This document shows, in pieces, positions 40,334 to 50,287 of a DNA stretch of 64,000 bases (the stretch's first letter is position 1; every line of letters begins with the position of its first letter). Under the pieces are notes generated by a model that was not told the DNA's origin, made no database searches, and was given only the letters and a program-made list of their open reading frames with translations. The position numbers and the translations under genes were made by a program. Source of the DNA: a bacterium (lineage in GTDB: Bacteria > Hinthialibacterota > Hinthialibacteria > Hinthialibacterales > Hinthialibacteraceae). The DNA lies in assembly GCA_041946805.1 (NCBI GenBank), contig JBHGBC010000005.1:1-64000 (forward strand), written 5' to 3'.

Positions 40334-41617
40334 ATGTCCAAATCGTCCGATTTGTTCGCCACGGCCACGGCGATCATCCCGGGCGGGGTCAACAGCCCCG
40401 TGCGGGCCTGGAACGCGGTGGGGGGCACGCCCTTTTTCGCGGCCCGCGGCAAAGGCTGCATCCTCACCGATGAGGACGAAAACGCCTATATTGATTACGT
40501 TTGCGCCTGGGGCCCGCTGATTCTGGGCCACGCGCATCCGGAAGTGGTCTCCGCCATCGAAAGCGCCGTCCGCGAGGGCACGGCCTTCGGCGTGCCCACC
40601 CGGCGCGAAGTGACCATCGCCCGGATGATCGTCGACGCCGTTCCCTCGATCGAAAAAGTCCGGCTGGTCAATTCGGGGACGGAAGCCACCCTCAGCGCCG
40701 TCCGCCTGGCCCGCGCCTTCACCCGCCGCAGCAAGATCATCAAGACCATCGGCGGCTACCACGGCCATCACGACGCCCTGCTGGCCCAGGCCGGCTCGGG
40801 CGTGGCCACCCTGGCCATCCCCAGCACCCCCGGCGTCCCCAAATCCGTCGTCGAAGACACCATCCTGGTCCCCTACAACGGACTCGACGCCACCCGCGAG
40901 GCCTTCCGCAAGCACTCCAAGGAAATCGCGGCGCTCATCGTGGAACCGGTGGCGGGCAACATGGGCGTGGTCCCTCCCCAGCCCGGCTATCTCGAAACCC
41001 TCCGCGTCCTCACCGCCGAGCACGAATCGGTGCTGATCTTCGACGAGGTGATGACCGGCTTCCGGGTGGCCTACGGCGGGGCGCAGGAACGCTACGGCGT
41101 GTTGCCCGACCTCACCACCCTGGGCAAGATCATGGGCGGCGGCATGCCCATCGCCGCGTACGGCGGGTCAGACATCATCATGAAACATGTCGCGCCCGAG
41201 GGCGAGGTCTACCAGGCCGGCACGCTGTCGGGGAATCCGGTGGCCACCGCCGGCGGCATCGCGACCCTGCAACTCATCAAATCCCCTGGATTTTACGAGA
41301 ACTTGGAGCAGAAAGCCGACATGCTGGTCCAGGGCCTGCGCGAGGCGGCCCAGGCGGCCGGCGTCCCGGTGCAAATCAACGCCGTGGGTTCGATGATGAC
41401 CGTCTTCTTCACCGACCGGCCGGTCACCGACTTCGCCTCCGCCTGCCAATCGGACACGCGGCGCTACGCCGCCTTCTGGCGCTCCATGCTGGAAGCCGGA
41501 ATCTACCTGCCGCCCTCCCAATTCGAGGCGTTTTTCCTCTCCAACGCCCACTCCAACCGCGAAATCGAACGCACCATTCACGCCGCCGAAACCGCCTTCA
41601 AGGCCGTGGCGGGATGA
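40334..41617 (+). CDS. hemL: Glutamate-1-semialdehyde 2,1-aminomutase
   Basis: IPGGVNSPVRA, VNSGTEAT, FDEVMTGFR, TTLGKIMGGG, YQAGTLSGNP and PPSQFEA. Confidence 0.97.
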   Translation: MSKSSDLFATATAIIPGGVNSPVRAWNAVGGTPFFAARGKGCILTDEDENAYIDYVCAWGPLILGHAHPEVVSAIESAVREGTAFGVPTRREVTIARMIVDAVPSIEKVRLVNSGTEATLSAVRLARAFTRRSKIIKTIGGYHGHHDALLAQAGSGVATLAIPSTPGVPKSVVEDTILVPYNGLDATREAFRKHSKEIAALIVEPVAGNMGVVPPQPGYLETLRVLTAEHESVLIFDEVMTGFRVAYGGAQERYGVLPDLTTLGKIMGGGMPIAAYGGSDIIMKHVAPEGEVYQAGTLSGNPVATAGGIATLQLIKSPGFYENLEQKADMLVQGLREAAQAAGVPVQINAVGSMMTVFFTDRPVTDFASACQSDTRRYAAFWRSMLEAGIYLPPSQFEAFFLSNAHSNREIERTIHAAETAFKAVAG

Positions 41618-42001
41618 TTCAATCCGTTAACCACCGCTATCCTCAGTCTTCCCCCATCCCTCGGACCTTCCTCCCCCCCCTGGGAGAGGGATAGGGTGAG
41701 GGAATCCCTTTCTCACACCCACTTCCGTAGGGGCGCGTCCCCGCCCCCGCCATCTAGGTACCCGCTTTCCTCACCCGCTCCACCTCCCCAATCACCGGAA
41801 TCCTTTATTCGCGTCATCCGTCTTTCAATCCACCCTCCAACTCCCCATCCTGCTCATCCTGTTCATCTTGACCATCCTGATTCAGACAACTCTCCGCGCC
41901 CTTCACGTCTCGGCGGTGAATTTTACGGCCTCTCTCCCCTCTAATCGCAAAAAGTGTGGAGTACCGTTCCTTCGCCCTGGTTGTTCTTCGTAAATTTTTG
42001 G

Positions 42002-42030
42002 TTGACAAGAGAAAAGTATCCAACTATTGT
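42002..42030 (+). promoter_or_regulatory. Putative sigma70 promoter of the AT-rich islet
   Basis: TTGACA-N17-TATTGT. Confidence 0.6.
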
Positions 42031-42195
42031 CCTAATTAAAGCAAACAATTGCTCCTCCAGTAGGAGCAGTAGGAACGAGTACCCGGTCCGGGAGAAAGGA
42101 GTTCTCTATCGAGTGATTCTACGAAAAAAGCAGGGCCATTGGAACGATGTTCACACCAATCCTCTTCGGAGGAAAAAATTTGCAGGAGGAAGACG

Positions 42196-43179
42196 ATGAA
42201 GCGATCCGATTACACCCTGATGAGCCTGGTAGTGATGGTTGCCGTCCTGGCCATGACGTTTCCCGTTCACGCCGAAGAACCGTCGATCGCCGCCATGCGG
42301 GAACACAGCCAAAAGATCATGCCGTTTTCGTGCACAATCGAAGTCCATCCCCTAATCCACCCCATGTTTTCCGACGCCGAGGAAGCCACGCAATACGAAA
42401 TGCAACGGCTGGCCGCCCGGCAGCAGGAAATTGGCCGCTCGATGGATCTGGCAACGTATGAGAAAGTTCTGCAAAACAATGTCAAATATTATTTGGAAGG
42501 GAATATGTCCGACTATGTGACATTGCGTTATTATAAATGCCTTGACATGGATACCTTCATGCTGACGGTTTACGATACCGTTCTGCAAAAAACCATGCAA
42601 ATCCAGCTGTTCGATGATTCCTTCTCTGCGGATTATTTTCCCAATGAGCATACATTGACGATCATGCCAAACAGCAGAAAGCGGGATATCATTCCGTTTC
42701 TGACTCACGAAGTGGTTTATCAATTGGATGAAAGCACGGTGAGCGTGGAATCACGGGAGAATCAATACATTCTCGAGGCGGCGCGGGTTCCTGATGATTT
42801 TTACACCTTCGTTTTTACACCATCCCGGCCCTTCATTCCAGAAAAAATATCCGAATATACACCCACCTGGCGCACGGAATATGAATACTTGGATTTTCAA
42901 ACATACAACGGATTCACGGTTCCCCATACCATTCTTGCCAAGCAATATAATCAACATCCCGTTACCAATACAGATTGGTTGAAGTATGAATCTATTTACC
43001 AAGTGACCAATTTTAAAGTGGAAGACAGCCTGAGTGAAAAAGATCTAGATATCGTAATCCCCACAGGGACGCAAATCTTCAATGGCTTCACGAACACAAG
43101 CTACACCGGTCCGGAAGGCATGGAAGGTCAATCCACAACCGTTCGCGCTATTGCGGAAGATATGATGAAGCAACAATAA
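42196..43179 (+). CDS. Secreted hypothetical protein, possible LolA/RseB-like beta fold
   Basis: AGGAGG RBS; signal peptide ending VHA-EE; C-terminal EYEYLDFQTYNGFTVP...YQVTNFKV...IPTGT pattern resembles LolA-like proteins. Confidence 0.7.
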   Translation: MKRSDYTLMSLVVMVAVLAMTFPVHAEEPSIAAMREHSQKIMPFSCTIEVHPLIHPMFSDAEEATQYEMQRLAARQQEIGRSMDLATYEKVLQNNVKYYLEGNMSDYVTLRYYKCLDMDTFMLTVYDTVLQKTMQIQLFDDSFSADYFPNEHTLTIMPNSRKRDIIPFLTHEVVYQLDESTVSVESRENQYILEAARVPDDFYTFVFTPSRPFIPEKISEYTPTWRTEYEYLDFQTYNGFTVPHTILAKQYNQHPVTNTDWLKYESIYQVTNFKVEDSLSEKDLDIVIPTGTQIFNGFTNTSYTGPEGMEGQSTTVRAIAEDMMKQQ

Positions 43180-43237
43180 AAATGCAGCACAATCGGATAG
43201 AAAACTGTAAACAGACTCACATGCGGAGGAAAAAATC

Positions 43238-43636
43238 ATGAAAAAATTACTTCTTGTAACAGCTTTGTTCAGCCTCATGCTTGCTGGAATTACCTTCACG
43301 TCATACATGGTACAAAGTGATCCCACATGCCATGCCCTCACGAAATTATGGGTGTCGGGTCAATGTACTGGTTCCTGTCCAGGATGGGTTGATAGTGGCC
43401 TATTTTGTTGTTGCGTTTTGGCCAACCCTTTGCAGAGTGGAAGATATATTTGCAATGAGATTGATAATTATAATTATCCGTATGCAGTTTTCACAAATCC
43501 AAACTGCGGGAGACTTCCTTGCTCATACATGGGGGGGTCTTTGACATACTGCACCGGTGGGACTTATTGGAAGCCTTCTGGATTTACCGAATGGGTACCT
43601 GCTGATACCTTGGGGGGCTTGGATTGCTTTGGGTAA
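43238..43636 (+). CDS. Small secreted Cys-rich protein
   Basis: GGAGG RBS; MKK plus hydrophobic signal; 11 Cys including CCC; AT-rich codons. Confidence 0.75.
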   Translation: MKKLLLVTALFSLMLAGITFTSYMVQSDPTCHALTKLWVSGQCTGSCPGWVDSGLFCCCVLANPLQSGRYICNEIDNYNYPYAVFTNPNCGRLPCSYMGGSLTYCTGGTYWKPSGFTEWVPADTLGGLDCFG

Positions 43637-43831
43637 TGCATGATGGTTAACAATCTTTAATTATTTTCTTGGTCAAGAGAGTGTCATGGCCCGAGACGCC
43701 CAATCCCGGGCCATTTTCTACATTTTTAATTATTTTATTCAATTACATTACATTCCTTATTTCTTATATTACTTTCTTCTAATAATTTAATAACCTGCAC
43801 ATGAAATAAAATACAGCAGGAAGGTGTAGCC

Positions 43832-44500
43832 ATGAAAACCATTCTCATCGTGGATGGGGACCGCGTCCGATTTCAAACCCTCTCCGCCCGGCTCGAAAAC
43901 GACTTGAAGGCGCTGCACGCCCCGGATGGGAAAACCGCCCTGGAGATATTACAAAATCACGATATTCATCTCAGCCTCATCACCCACCCCTTGCCGAATG
44001 GAGACTGCCTGAATTTGGTCAAAACGCTTCATGCAACCTACGCGCATATCCCCGTGATCCTGCTTATCTCCGGGCCGGACGCGGATCCGGAATGGATCGA
44101 GAAAGCCTATTCGTTCGACTATTTCGTCTATTACGTCCTGAAAGCGCCTTTCGATGAGGAGGAGCTGGCGCGGTGCGTAAACGAGTGCCTCAAACGCGGG
44201 GGAATCGCATGGGCCAAAACCATCTTGGCTCATTACCGCAAAAAGCATCCCGGCCGGTCGCTCCAGCAAGAAAAGCGGGAAAAGCGCGAGAAGCGGTTGG
44301 CGGAAATCCGAAGTCTGATCGAAGCATCCCCCCACGCCTGGACATACGGTAAATTGGCTGTCCAATTCGGCCTGTCCCGGCGGCAGATCCAATACGATCT
44401 CCAAACTCTCCGGCAACGCGGCGTGGCCATTCAATCCTCCAAAACCGGCCCAAGAGGATTGGTTATTTTGCCAGATTCACCCTTCCCGGATGAAACGTAA
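43832..44500 (+). CDS. Atypical receiver domain plus HTH regulator
   Basis: TILIVDGD...DGKTALEIL...LITHPLP..KAPFD..EL; C-terminal TYGKLAVQFGLSRRQIQYDLQTL HTH. Confidence 0.75.
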   Translation: MKTILIVDGDRVRFQTLSARLENDLKALHAPDGKTALEILQNHDIHLSLITHPLPNGDCLNLVKTLHATYAHIPVILLISGPDADPEWIEKAYSFDYFVYYVLKAPFDEEELARCVNECLKRGGIAWAKTILAHYRKKHPGRSLQQEKREKREKRLAEIRSLIEASPHAWTYGKLAVQFGLSRRQIQYDLQTLRQRGVAIQSSKTGPRGLVILPDSPFPDET

Positions 44501-44664
44501 TCTAGCGAAGTCATGGGATGGATTAGCGCGAAGGGCACAAACCATCAAACACGCACCCTCCCTTTTCTTCTCCCTCTCCCTCTGGGAGAGGGCCGGGGTG
44601 AGGGAAAGCATATCGCCTCGCACCCTCCTCCCGGATTACATCCCATTCCCCTGCTGACACGCCT

Positions 44665-44707
44665 TTAAACTAGCCCAGGGTTTCAACCCTGGGGAAATCA
44701 ACCCTGG
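44665..44707 (+). repeat. TAGCCCAGGG-TTTCAA-CCCTGGG hairpin, family D
   Basis: Near-identical to 8435-8478; variants at 13159, 49078 and 62156. Confidence 0.75.
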
Positions 44708-44870
44708 AATAACACCTTATCTTCTTTTCTTTCTCCGCCTTATCCGTGACCCATCCGCGCCCCTCCGTGATTCAATCCGGTTAACTACGGCCTATCACGG
44801 TCATCCGAATTCATACAAAACTCCGCGTTCTCCGCGCCTCGGCGGTGAAATTCATACATCCCCCCTTCTC

Positions 44871-46406
44871 TCACCTCAACCACAACTTCCGGTCCAACGT
44901 GCGGTATTGCACGGCTTCGGAGACGTGCTCGGGGCGGATGGCCTCGCTGCCCGCCAGGTCGGCGATGGTCCGGGCCACCTTGATCACCCGGTCGTAGGCG
45001 CGGGCCGAAAGCCCCAGGCGCTCGAGGCCCGCCCGCAGCATGTCGCGCGTCACCTCGTCCATGGCGCAAAACCCCTTGAGGTCCTTGGAATTCATGTGCG
45101 CGTTGCAGAAGATGGGATGGCCTTCGAACCGGCGGCGCTGGATTTCACGGGCCATCCGCACCCGCTCCCGGATGACCCGGGACGGTTCGCCCGAGGGCGG
45201 CGCGTGGAGGTCGTCGAACGAGACGCTGGGCACCTCCACGTGGATGTCGATGCGGTCCATCAGCGGGCCGGAGAGTTTGGCGATGTAACTCTGGATCTTG
45301 TTGGGCGGGCATTTGCACTCGTGCTGCCCGTCGCCGAAATACCCGCACGGACAGGGATTGGCGGCGGCCACCAGCATGAAGCGGCTCGGAAAGGTGAGCG
45401 AGCCGGACGCGCGGGAAATGGTCACCACCCCGTCCTCGAGCGGCTGGCGCAGATTCTCCAGCACATTGCGCGAAAACTCGGGCAATTCATCGAGAAACAA
45501 CACGCCGTGATGCGACAGGCTCACCTCGCCGGGCCGGGGAAACGCGCCTCCGCCGATCAGCCCCGCGTCGGACACGGAATGATGGGGAGAGCGGAACGGC
45601 CGCGTGGCGATCAGCGCCCGGTCCTTCGGCAGCGAGCCGTGGATGCTGTGGATCTTGGTGGTCTCCAGCGCCTCCTCGAAGGTCATGGGCGGCAGGATGG
45701 TGGGAAACCGCTTGGCCAGCATGGTCTTGCCGGAACCGGGCGGGCCGATCATGATCACGTTGTGCCCCCCGGCGGCCGCGACCTCGATGGCCCGCTTGAC
45801 ATGCTCCTGGCCTTTGACGTCGGCGAAGTCGGACTCGTATTCGCCCGCTTCCTCGAAAAGCGAACTCACGTTGATCTCCAACGGAGCGTGATGGTCGGAT
45901 CCGGACAGGATTTCCACCGCCTGGTTCAACGTCTCGACCGGATAAACCTGGAGGCCCTCGACCACCGCCGCCTCCCGGGCGTTGGGCGCGGGCAGCAGAA
46001 ACTTCTCCAGCCCGTTTTCCCGGGCGGCCATCGCCACCGGCAAGGCCCCGCGGATCGGCCGCAGCGTGCCGTCCAACGCCAACTCCCCCAGCAAGACCAC
46101 CTTGTTCAGGCTCTCGGGGGGAACCAGCCCCATGGCCGCGATGAACGCGATGGAAATGGGCAAATCGAGCGCCGAGCCTTCCTTGGGTATGTCGGCCGGG
46201 GCCAGGTTGATGGTCATGCGCTTGGGGGGATAGGGGAATCCGCAATTCACGAGCGCCGAGCGCACCCGCTCCTTGCTTTCCTTGATGGCGGCGTCGGGAA
46301 GGCCGACGATGGTCAGACCCGGCTGTCCGGGTATCATGTCCAGCTCGACTTCCATGATATACGCCTCGATCCCGATGGTGGCGCTGGAAAGGATCTTCAC
46401 GTACAT
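44871..46406 (-). CDS. comM: YifB/ComM-family Mg-chelatase-like AAA ATPase
   Basis: IVGLPDAAIKES, INLAPAD, GPPGSGKTMLA, PFRSPHHS, LFLDELPEF and NPCPCG. Confidence 0.93.
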   Translation of the reverse strand: MYVKILSSATIGIEAYIMEVELDMIPGQPGLTIVGLPDAAIKESKERVRSALVNCGFPYPPKRMTINLAPADIPKEGSALDLPISIAFIAAMGLVPPESLNKVVLLGELALDGTLRPIRGALPVAMAARENGLEKFLLPAPNAREAAVVEGLQVYPVETLNQAVEILSGSDHHAPLEINVSSLFEEAGEYESDFADVKGQEHVKRAIEVAAAGGHNVIMIGPPGSGKTMLAKRFPTILPPMTFEEALETTKIHSIHGSLPKDRALIATRPFRSPHHSVSDAGLIGGGAFPRPGEVSLSHHGVLFLDELPEFSRNVLENLRQPLEDGVVTISRASGSLTFPSRFMLVAAANPCPCGYFGDGQHECKCPPNKIQSYIAKLSGPLMDRIDIHVEVPSVSFDDLHAPPSGEPSRVIRERVRMAREIQRRRFEGHPIFCNAHMNSKDLKGFCAMDEVTRDMLRAGLERLGLSARAYDRVIKVARTIADLAGSEAIRPEHVSEAVQYRTLDRKLWLR

Positions 46407-46460
46407 GCTTGAATATCCCTGGGAAAGAGGGTTGGCGGTCTCACGCGCCCGGCCGTTAAA

Positions 46461-46490
46461 AATTTACCATAAAACACTCCAGGCCGTCAA
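46461..46490 (-). promoter_or_regulatory. Putative promoter for comM
   Basis: TTGACG-N18-TAAATT with an extended -10 TG. Confidence 0.45.
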
Positions 46491-46657
46491 TCAGGCTATA
46501 AAACGGGACATCCATCCCGGAGGAAAAATCCCCCCGTGAAACGCGCCAAATCCGGGATTAGGGCTTTTCATCGCCGGTGGAAAAACGTACCCTGTTAAAA
46601 CTTATCCATCCATCGGCCGGTCATTCGACTCGGAGGATGTGGGACGCGGGTACCTCT

Positions 46658-48205
46658 ATGATAATCTCGGGCCTGACTTGGATCGATTACCTGACCATGG
46701 CGGTCTACACGGTGGCCACCCTGTGGCTGGGACTGTACATGGGGAGAAATATCTACACCGTCAAGGATTACTTCCTCTCGAACCGCCGCCTTCCCTGGTG
46801 GGCGGTGGGCATGTCCATGGTGGTGACGGACATCGGGGCGGTGGACATCATCGGCATCGCGGGATCGGCCTACCTGTACGGGATCGTACTGGGGAATTAC
46901 GACTGGCTGGGCAGCGTGCCGGTGATGGTGATCTGCGGCTTCGTGTTCATCCCCTACTTCTGGCGCTCCGAAGTCTACACCATCCCCGAATTCCTGGGCC
47001 GGCGGTTCAATGACGGCGTGCGGACGGTCACGGCGCTGGTGTGGGGGATTTTCCTGGCCGCGAACCTGGGGATCACCCTCTACGCCACGGCGGTCATGCT
47101 CAAGGCGATGCTGGGCTGGTCCGAAATGTTCTCGATCGTGGTCTCCGCCATGATCGTCGGCGTCTACACCCTGGCCGGCGGCCTCACCGCGGTGGTGTAC
47201 ACGGACGCCCTGCAGTGCGTGGTCATGATCGGCGGCTGCTCGTTGGTGCTGGTCATCGGCCTCATCCGGGTGGGAGGATTCCACGCCCTCGCCGACCAGA
47301 TCTATCAACTGGGGCCGGAATTCCAGAATCATTTCTCCCTGGTCCTGCCCGTCGACACGCCGACCCCCCACCCGTGGTCGGGCATCCTGCTCGGCCTGGG
47401 CATGGTCTTGGCGCCGGCTTACTGGTTCGGCAACCAGTCGATCCTGCAACGCTGCTTCGGCGCGCGCAGCGAGTTCGAGGCCAAGGCCTCCTTCATGTGG
47501 GGGGCGTTCCTCAAGACCTTGATTCCGTTCATCATGGTGGTCCCGGGACTGATCGCCCTGGCGCATAACCCCGCGCACCTGACCGAGGACCAGGCCGACA
47601 GCGTCCTGCCCGCGCTCATCCGCGACATCCTTCCGCCAGGACTGCTGGGAGTCTTTTTCGCCGCGTTCCTGGCCGCCCTGATGTCCAACTTCTCCTCCTG
47701 CCTCAATTCAGCAGCCACCCTCTGGACCAAGGACATTTACGAGCGCTTCATTCTCAGCGGCCGCAGCGAACGCCATTACCTCATCGTGGGACGGGTGGCC
47801 ACCGTTCTGTGCACCATCTTCGGGGCCTGGTACGCCATTTGGATCTTCGGCAAGTCGGCCAGCATCTATAATGTCATCCAAACCATGCTCTCCCTCTTCC
47901 AGGGGCCGAGCCTGGTCCTGATCCTTACCGGCGTCCTCTGGTGGCGCACGACCGGCGTCGGGGCCTTCGTGGGCCTCGTCGCCGGCCTTTGCTGTTCCAC
48001 GGGACTGTTCCTGGTCAACGTCTACGCCTCCGAGCCGCTGTTCAAAATCCAGGAACCGTTTTTATACATCGCCCTCTGGTCGTTCTTGTTCTCCCTGGGG
48101 GTGACGGTGGTGGTCAGCCTGCTGACCCCGCCGGAACCGGAAGAAAAACTGGCTGGACTGGTCTACGGTTACAAGAGGAGGAACCCGAATGCAAACGCTG
48201 GCTGA
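46658..48205 (+). CDS. Sodium:solute symporter (SSS) family transporter
   Basis: DYFLSNRRLPWW, YTIPEFLGRRF, YTLAGGLTAVVYTDALQ, NQSILQR and AALMS; many TM helices. Start approximate. Confidence 0.93.
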   Translation: MIISGLTWIDYLTMAVYTVATLWLGLYMGRNIYTVKDYFLSNRRLPWWAVGMSMVVTDIGAVDIIGIAGSAYLYGIVLGNYDWLGSVPVMVICGFVFIPYFWRSEVYTIPEFLGRRFNDGVRTVTALVWGIFLAANLGITLYATAVMLKAMLGWSEMFSIVVSAMIVGVYTLAGGLTAVVYTDALQCVVMIGGCSLVLVIGLIRVGGFHALADQIYQLGPEFQNHFSLVLPVDTPTPHPWSGILLGLGMVLAPAYWFGNQSILQRCFGARSEFEAKASFMWGAFLKTLIPFIMVVPGLIALAHNPAHLTEDQADSVLPALIRDILPPGLLGVFFAAFLAALMSNFSSCLNSAATLWTKDIYERFILSGRSERHYLIVGRVATVLCTIFGAWYAIWIFGKSASIYNVIQTMLSLFQGPSLVLILTGVLWWRTTGVGAFVGLVAGLCCSTGLFLVNVYASEPLFKIQEPFLYIALWSFLFSLGVTVVVSLLTPPEPEEKLAGLVYGYKRRNPNANAG

Positions 48206-48446
48206 CGCGATCGCCGCGGTCCTGCGGATTCCCGGGGAAGCGCTGCGGCAATGGATGATGATGATCCCCCTCGAAGTGGCCCGGGGATTGTTCCTGCTGT
48301 ATTACACGATTTTGCTGGTGTGGGTGTTGACGATGAACAAATCGGAGGTCGTGGGAACCCTCGAAGGACGGACCAAACCCCTCAACCTGCGCCCCTACGC
48401 CGCGGGCGCCATCCTCCTGCAGATTCTCATTTACTATATATTCTAG
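48189..48446 (+). CDS. Small two-TM membrane protein overlapping the SSS transporter stop
   Basis: GAGGAGG RBS inside the SSS gene; two hydrophobic segments. Confidence 0.75.
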   Translation: MQTLADAIAAVLRIPGEALRQWMMMIPLEVARGLFLLYYTILLVWVLTMNKSEVVGTLEGRTKPLNLRPYAAGAILLQILIYYIF

Positions 48447-48695
48447 GACCTGCCGTGTTTTCGGATTGTGCGATTTACTGAAACTTGGAACCGCCTTTCC
48501 TGGGCTTCCCTCACCCTGCCCCTCTCCCAGAGGGAGAGGGAATCGTTCCGTGATCCCCTTTATGTTCATTCTACGAATAAAACAGGAAGAAAGATCCGCC
48601 TTCGGATAAATATTCCGAAATGCTTTTACGAGATCCGGACTTGGAGATATACATCCGCCCTCTGGGTGAGGGAGCGCCCGGCAAGGGCGCAACGG

Positions 48696-48902
48696 TCAGT
48701 CCGGGGCGCCGCCCCGGGAACGATCCTCTCCGGATTCCAATTGGTCCAGCGTGAAGTACCGTGAACTGGCGACATAACGTTCCTCCACGGGCTTCACCAC
48801 CACCCGGTCCACCATGTATTCCTTGAATCGCTCGGCGAACCACGGACAGCGGCCGGCGGTGATCATCACCAACCGCAACGCGATCAACTTGAGAGAGGTC
48901 AT
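48696..48902 (-). CDS. Possible small hypothetical protein or gene remnant
   Basis: Short ORF with GC-rich third positions (MTSLKLIALRLV...RYFTLDQLE); no recognisable motif. Confidence 0.3.
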   Translation of the reverse strand: MTSLKLIALRLVMITAGRCPWFAERFKEYMVDRVVVKPVEERYVASSRYFTLDQLESGEDRSRGGAPD

Positions 48903-49262
48903 GTACATCGGCGATCTCCCCGGCGGATCCAATCCCGCGATTCCGTTCCGGATCGAGGCCCCCGGATCGGCTTCGATCTTCTCCTGATATCGAATCCCCA
49001 TTAAAATCCCAAGGGTACAAATTGAGAATAGCCTATTCCTCCCCCCGGCCGGAGCCCCGCCGGGGCGTTACCTAATTTAGCCAGGGGTACACCCCGGGCG
49101 CGTCTCCACGCCCCTGGAAGCGTTAATTCCTCACATAAAGGCGGCTCACGAACAGGGATTTCATTCTCACGCGGGAATGTGGAAGGATTGTTCGTGAACC
49201 GCCGATTATGTATCAAAACCAATCCGCCGCCGGGCAATCACGCCTCCCCGGCCACGCGGCTC

Positions 49263-49958
49263 TTATTCTTTCTTCTCCACGGCATGGGACTTCAGCACGC
49301 TGGTTCCCTTCAAGGGATCCCGCGGCCCCTCCCCGCCCGCGGGCGGGGTGAAATCGAAGGTCTCCTTCACGAATCCATTCACGTCCGGGTGATACCAGTA
49401 CGTTTCGGTCATCTTGAACGACCTTTCGCCCTGGTCGGTGTTGAACGTCATGGTCATGACCACCTGCACCTGGACGGCGTTCTTGAATTCCCCCGCGGGA
49501 ACCGTGACGGTTTCGTCGGCCAGCCGCTTCGCCACATACTGGATTTTGGAAGTGTTATCCCCCATGGTGGTCTCCGTCTCCACCTTCTTTTCTTCTCCGG
49601 GCTTGAGGCCGCTCCAATCCACGGGAATCGCGGGTTTGAAGCTAATGGTGAAATTCTCACCCATTTCGGTCTTGTCTGAGCTCTTGGCCGCGTCCAGGTA
49701 CCAAACTGCGGCGGGACCTTCGCCGGTTCCCCATTTTTCCTCGAGCAGCCAACGCTTCTCCGCGCCTTCGCCCTGGATGGAGAGGATCTTGCGGGTTCGG
49801 ACGGTATCCTGGTTCTGGTCCGGCGGCGAGAAAGGACGGAATCCCTGATGCTCGTACACCCACGTCTCACCCACGGCCCAATCCTTCGCCGCGGCGTCCC
49901 AAACCGGAGCCAGCCCGATCAATCCGATCAGCCCAATCCCAATCAATACGCTTTTCAT
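49263..49958 (-). CDS. Secreted beta-rich hypothetical protein
   Basis: GGGAG RBS; signal peptide; GETWVYE, ETVTVPAGEF and YWY..VNGFVKE motifs. Confidence 0.8.
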   Translation of the reverse strand: MKSVLIGIGLIGLIGLAPVWDAAAKDWAVGETWVYEHQGFRPFSPPDQNQDTVRTRKILSIQGEGAEKRWLLEEKWGTGEGPAAVWYLDAAKSSDKTEMGENFTISFKPAIPVDWSGLKPGEEKKVETETTMGDNTSKIQYVAKRLADETVTVPAGEFKNAVQVQVVMTMTFNTDQGERSFKMTETYWYHPDVNGFVKETFDFTPPAGGEGPRDPLKGTSVLKSHAVEKKE

Positions 49959-50287
49959 AATGGAACTCCCCAATTAGAATAGGTTGTTAAAAGACTTTCC
50001 CACGCCTGGAAAAAAGAAAAACCATATTCACTTATTTGTCCCCCGGACCGCCGCGATTGTTCAAATGAAGATGAAATATTTGCGGCTCAGCCGGCCATTG
50101 CGTATTTTTCTCCAGTGGCTGGACTGCCTCTCTTCGAGGCGGCCGATGAGACCCAACTCCAAAATCCCCTCTCCCTTTGTGGGCGAGGGCCGGCGGCAAG
50201 GGCCAACCATTGTGATGCAGGTTGCGTTTATTGTGATGCAGGCATTCTGCCTGCCTCCTCCACCCACACTTTCCATCAGCGCCCCTT

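Noticed and set aside
40196..44500. tRNA-anchored genomic island
   Set aside because: hemL directly follows the tRNA, and I saw no integrase or duplicated tRNA 3' end.
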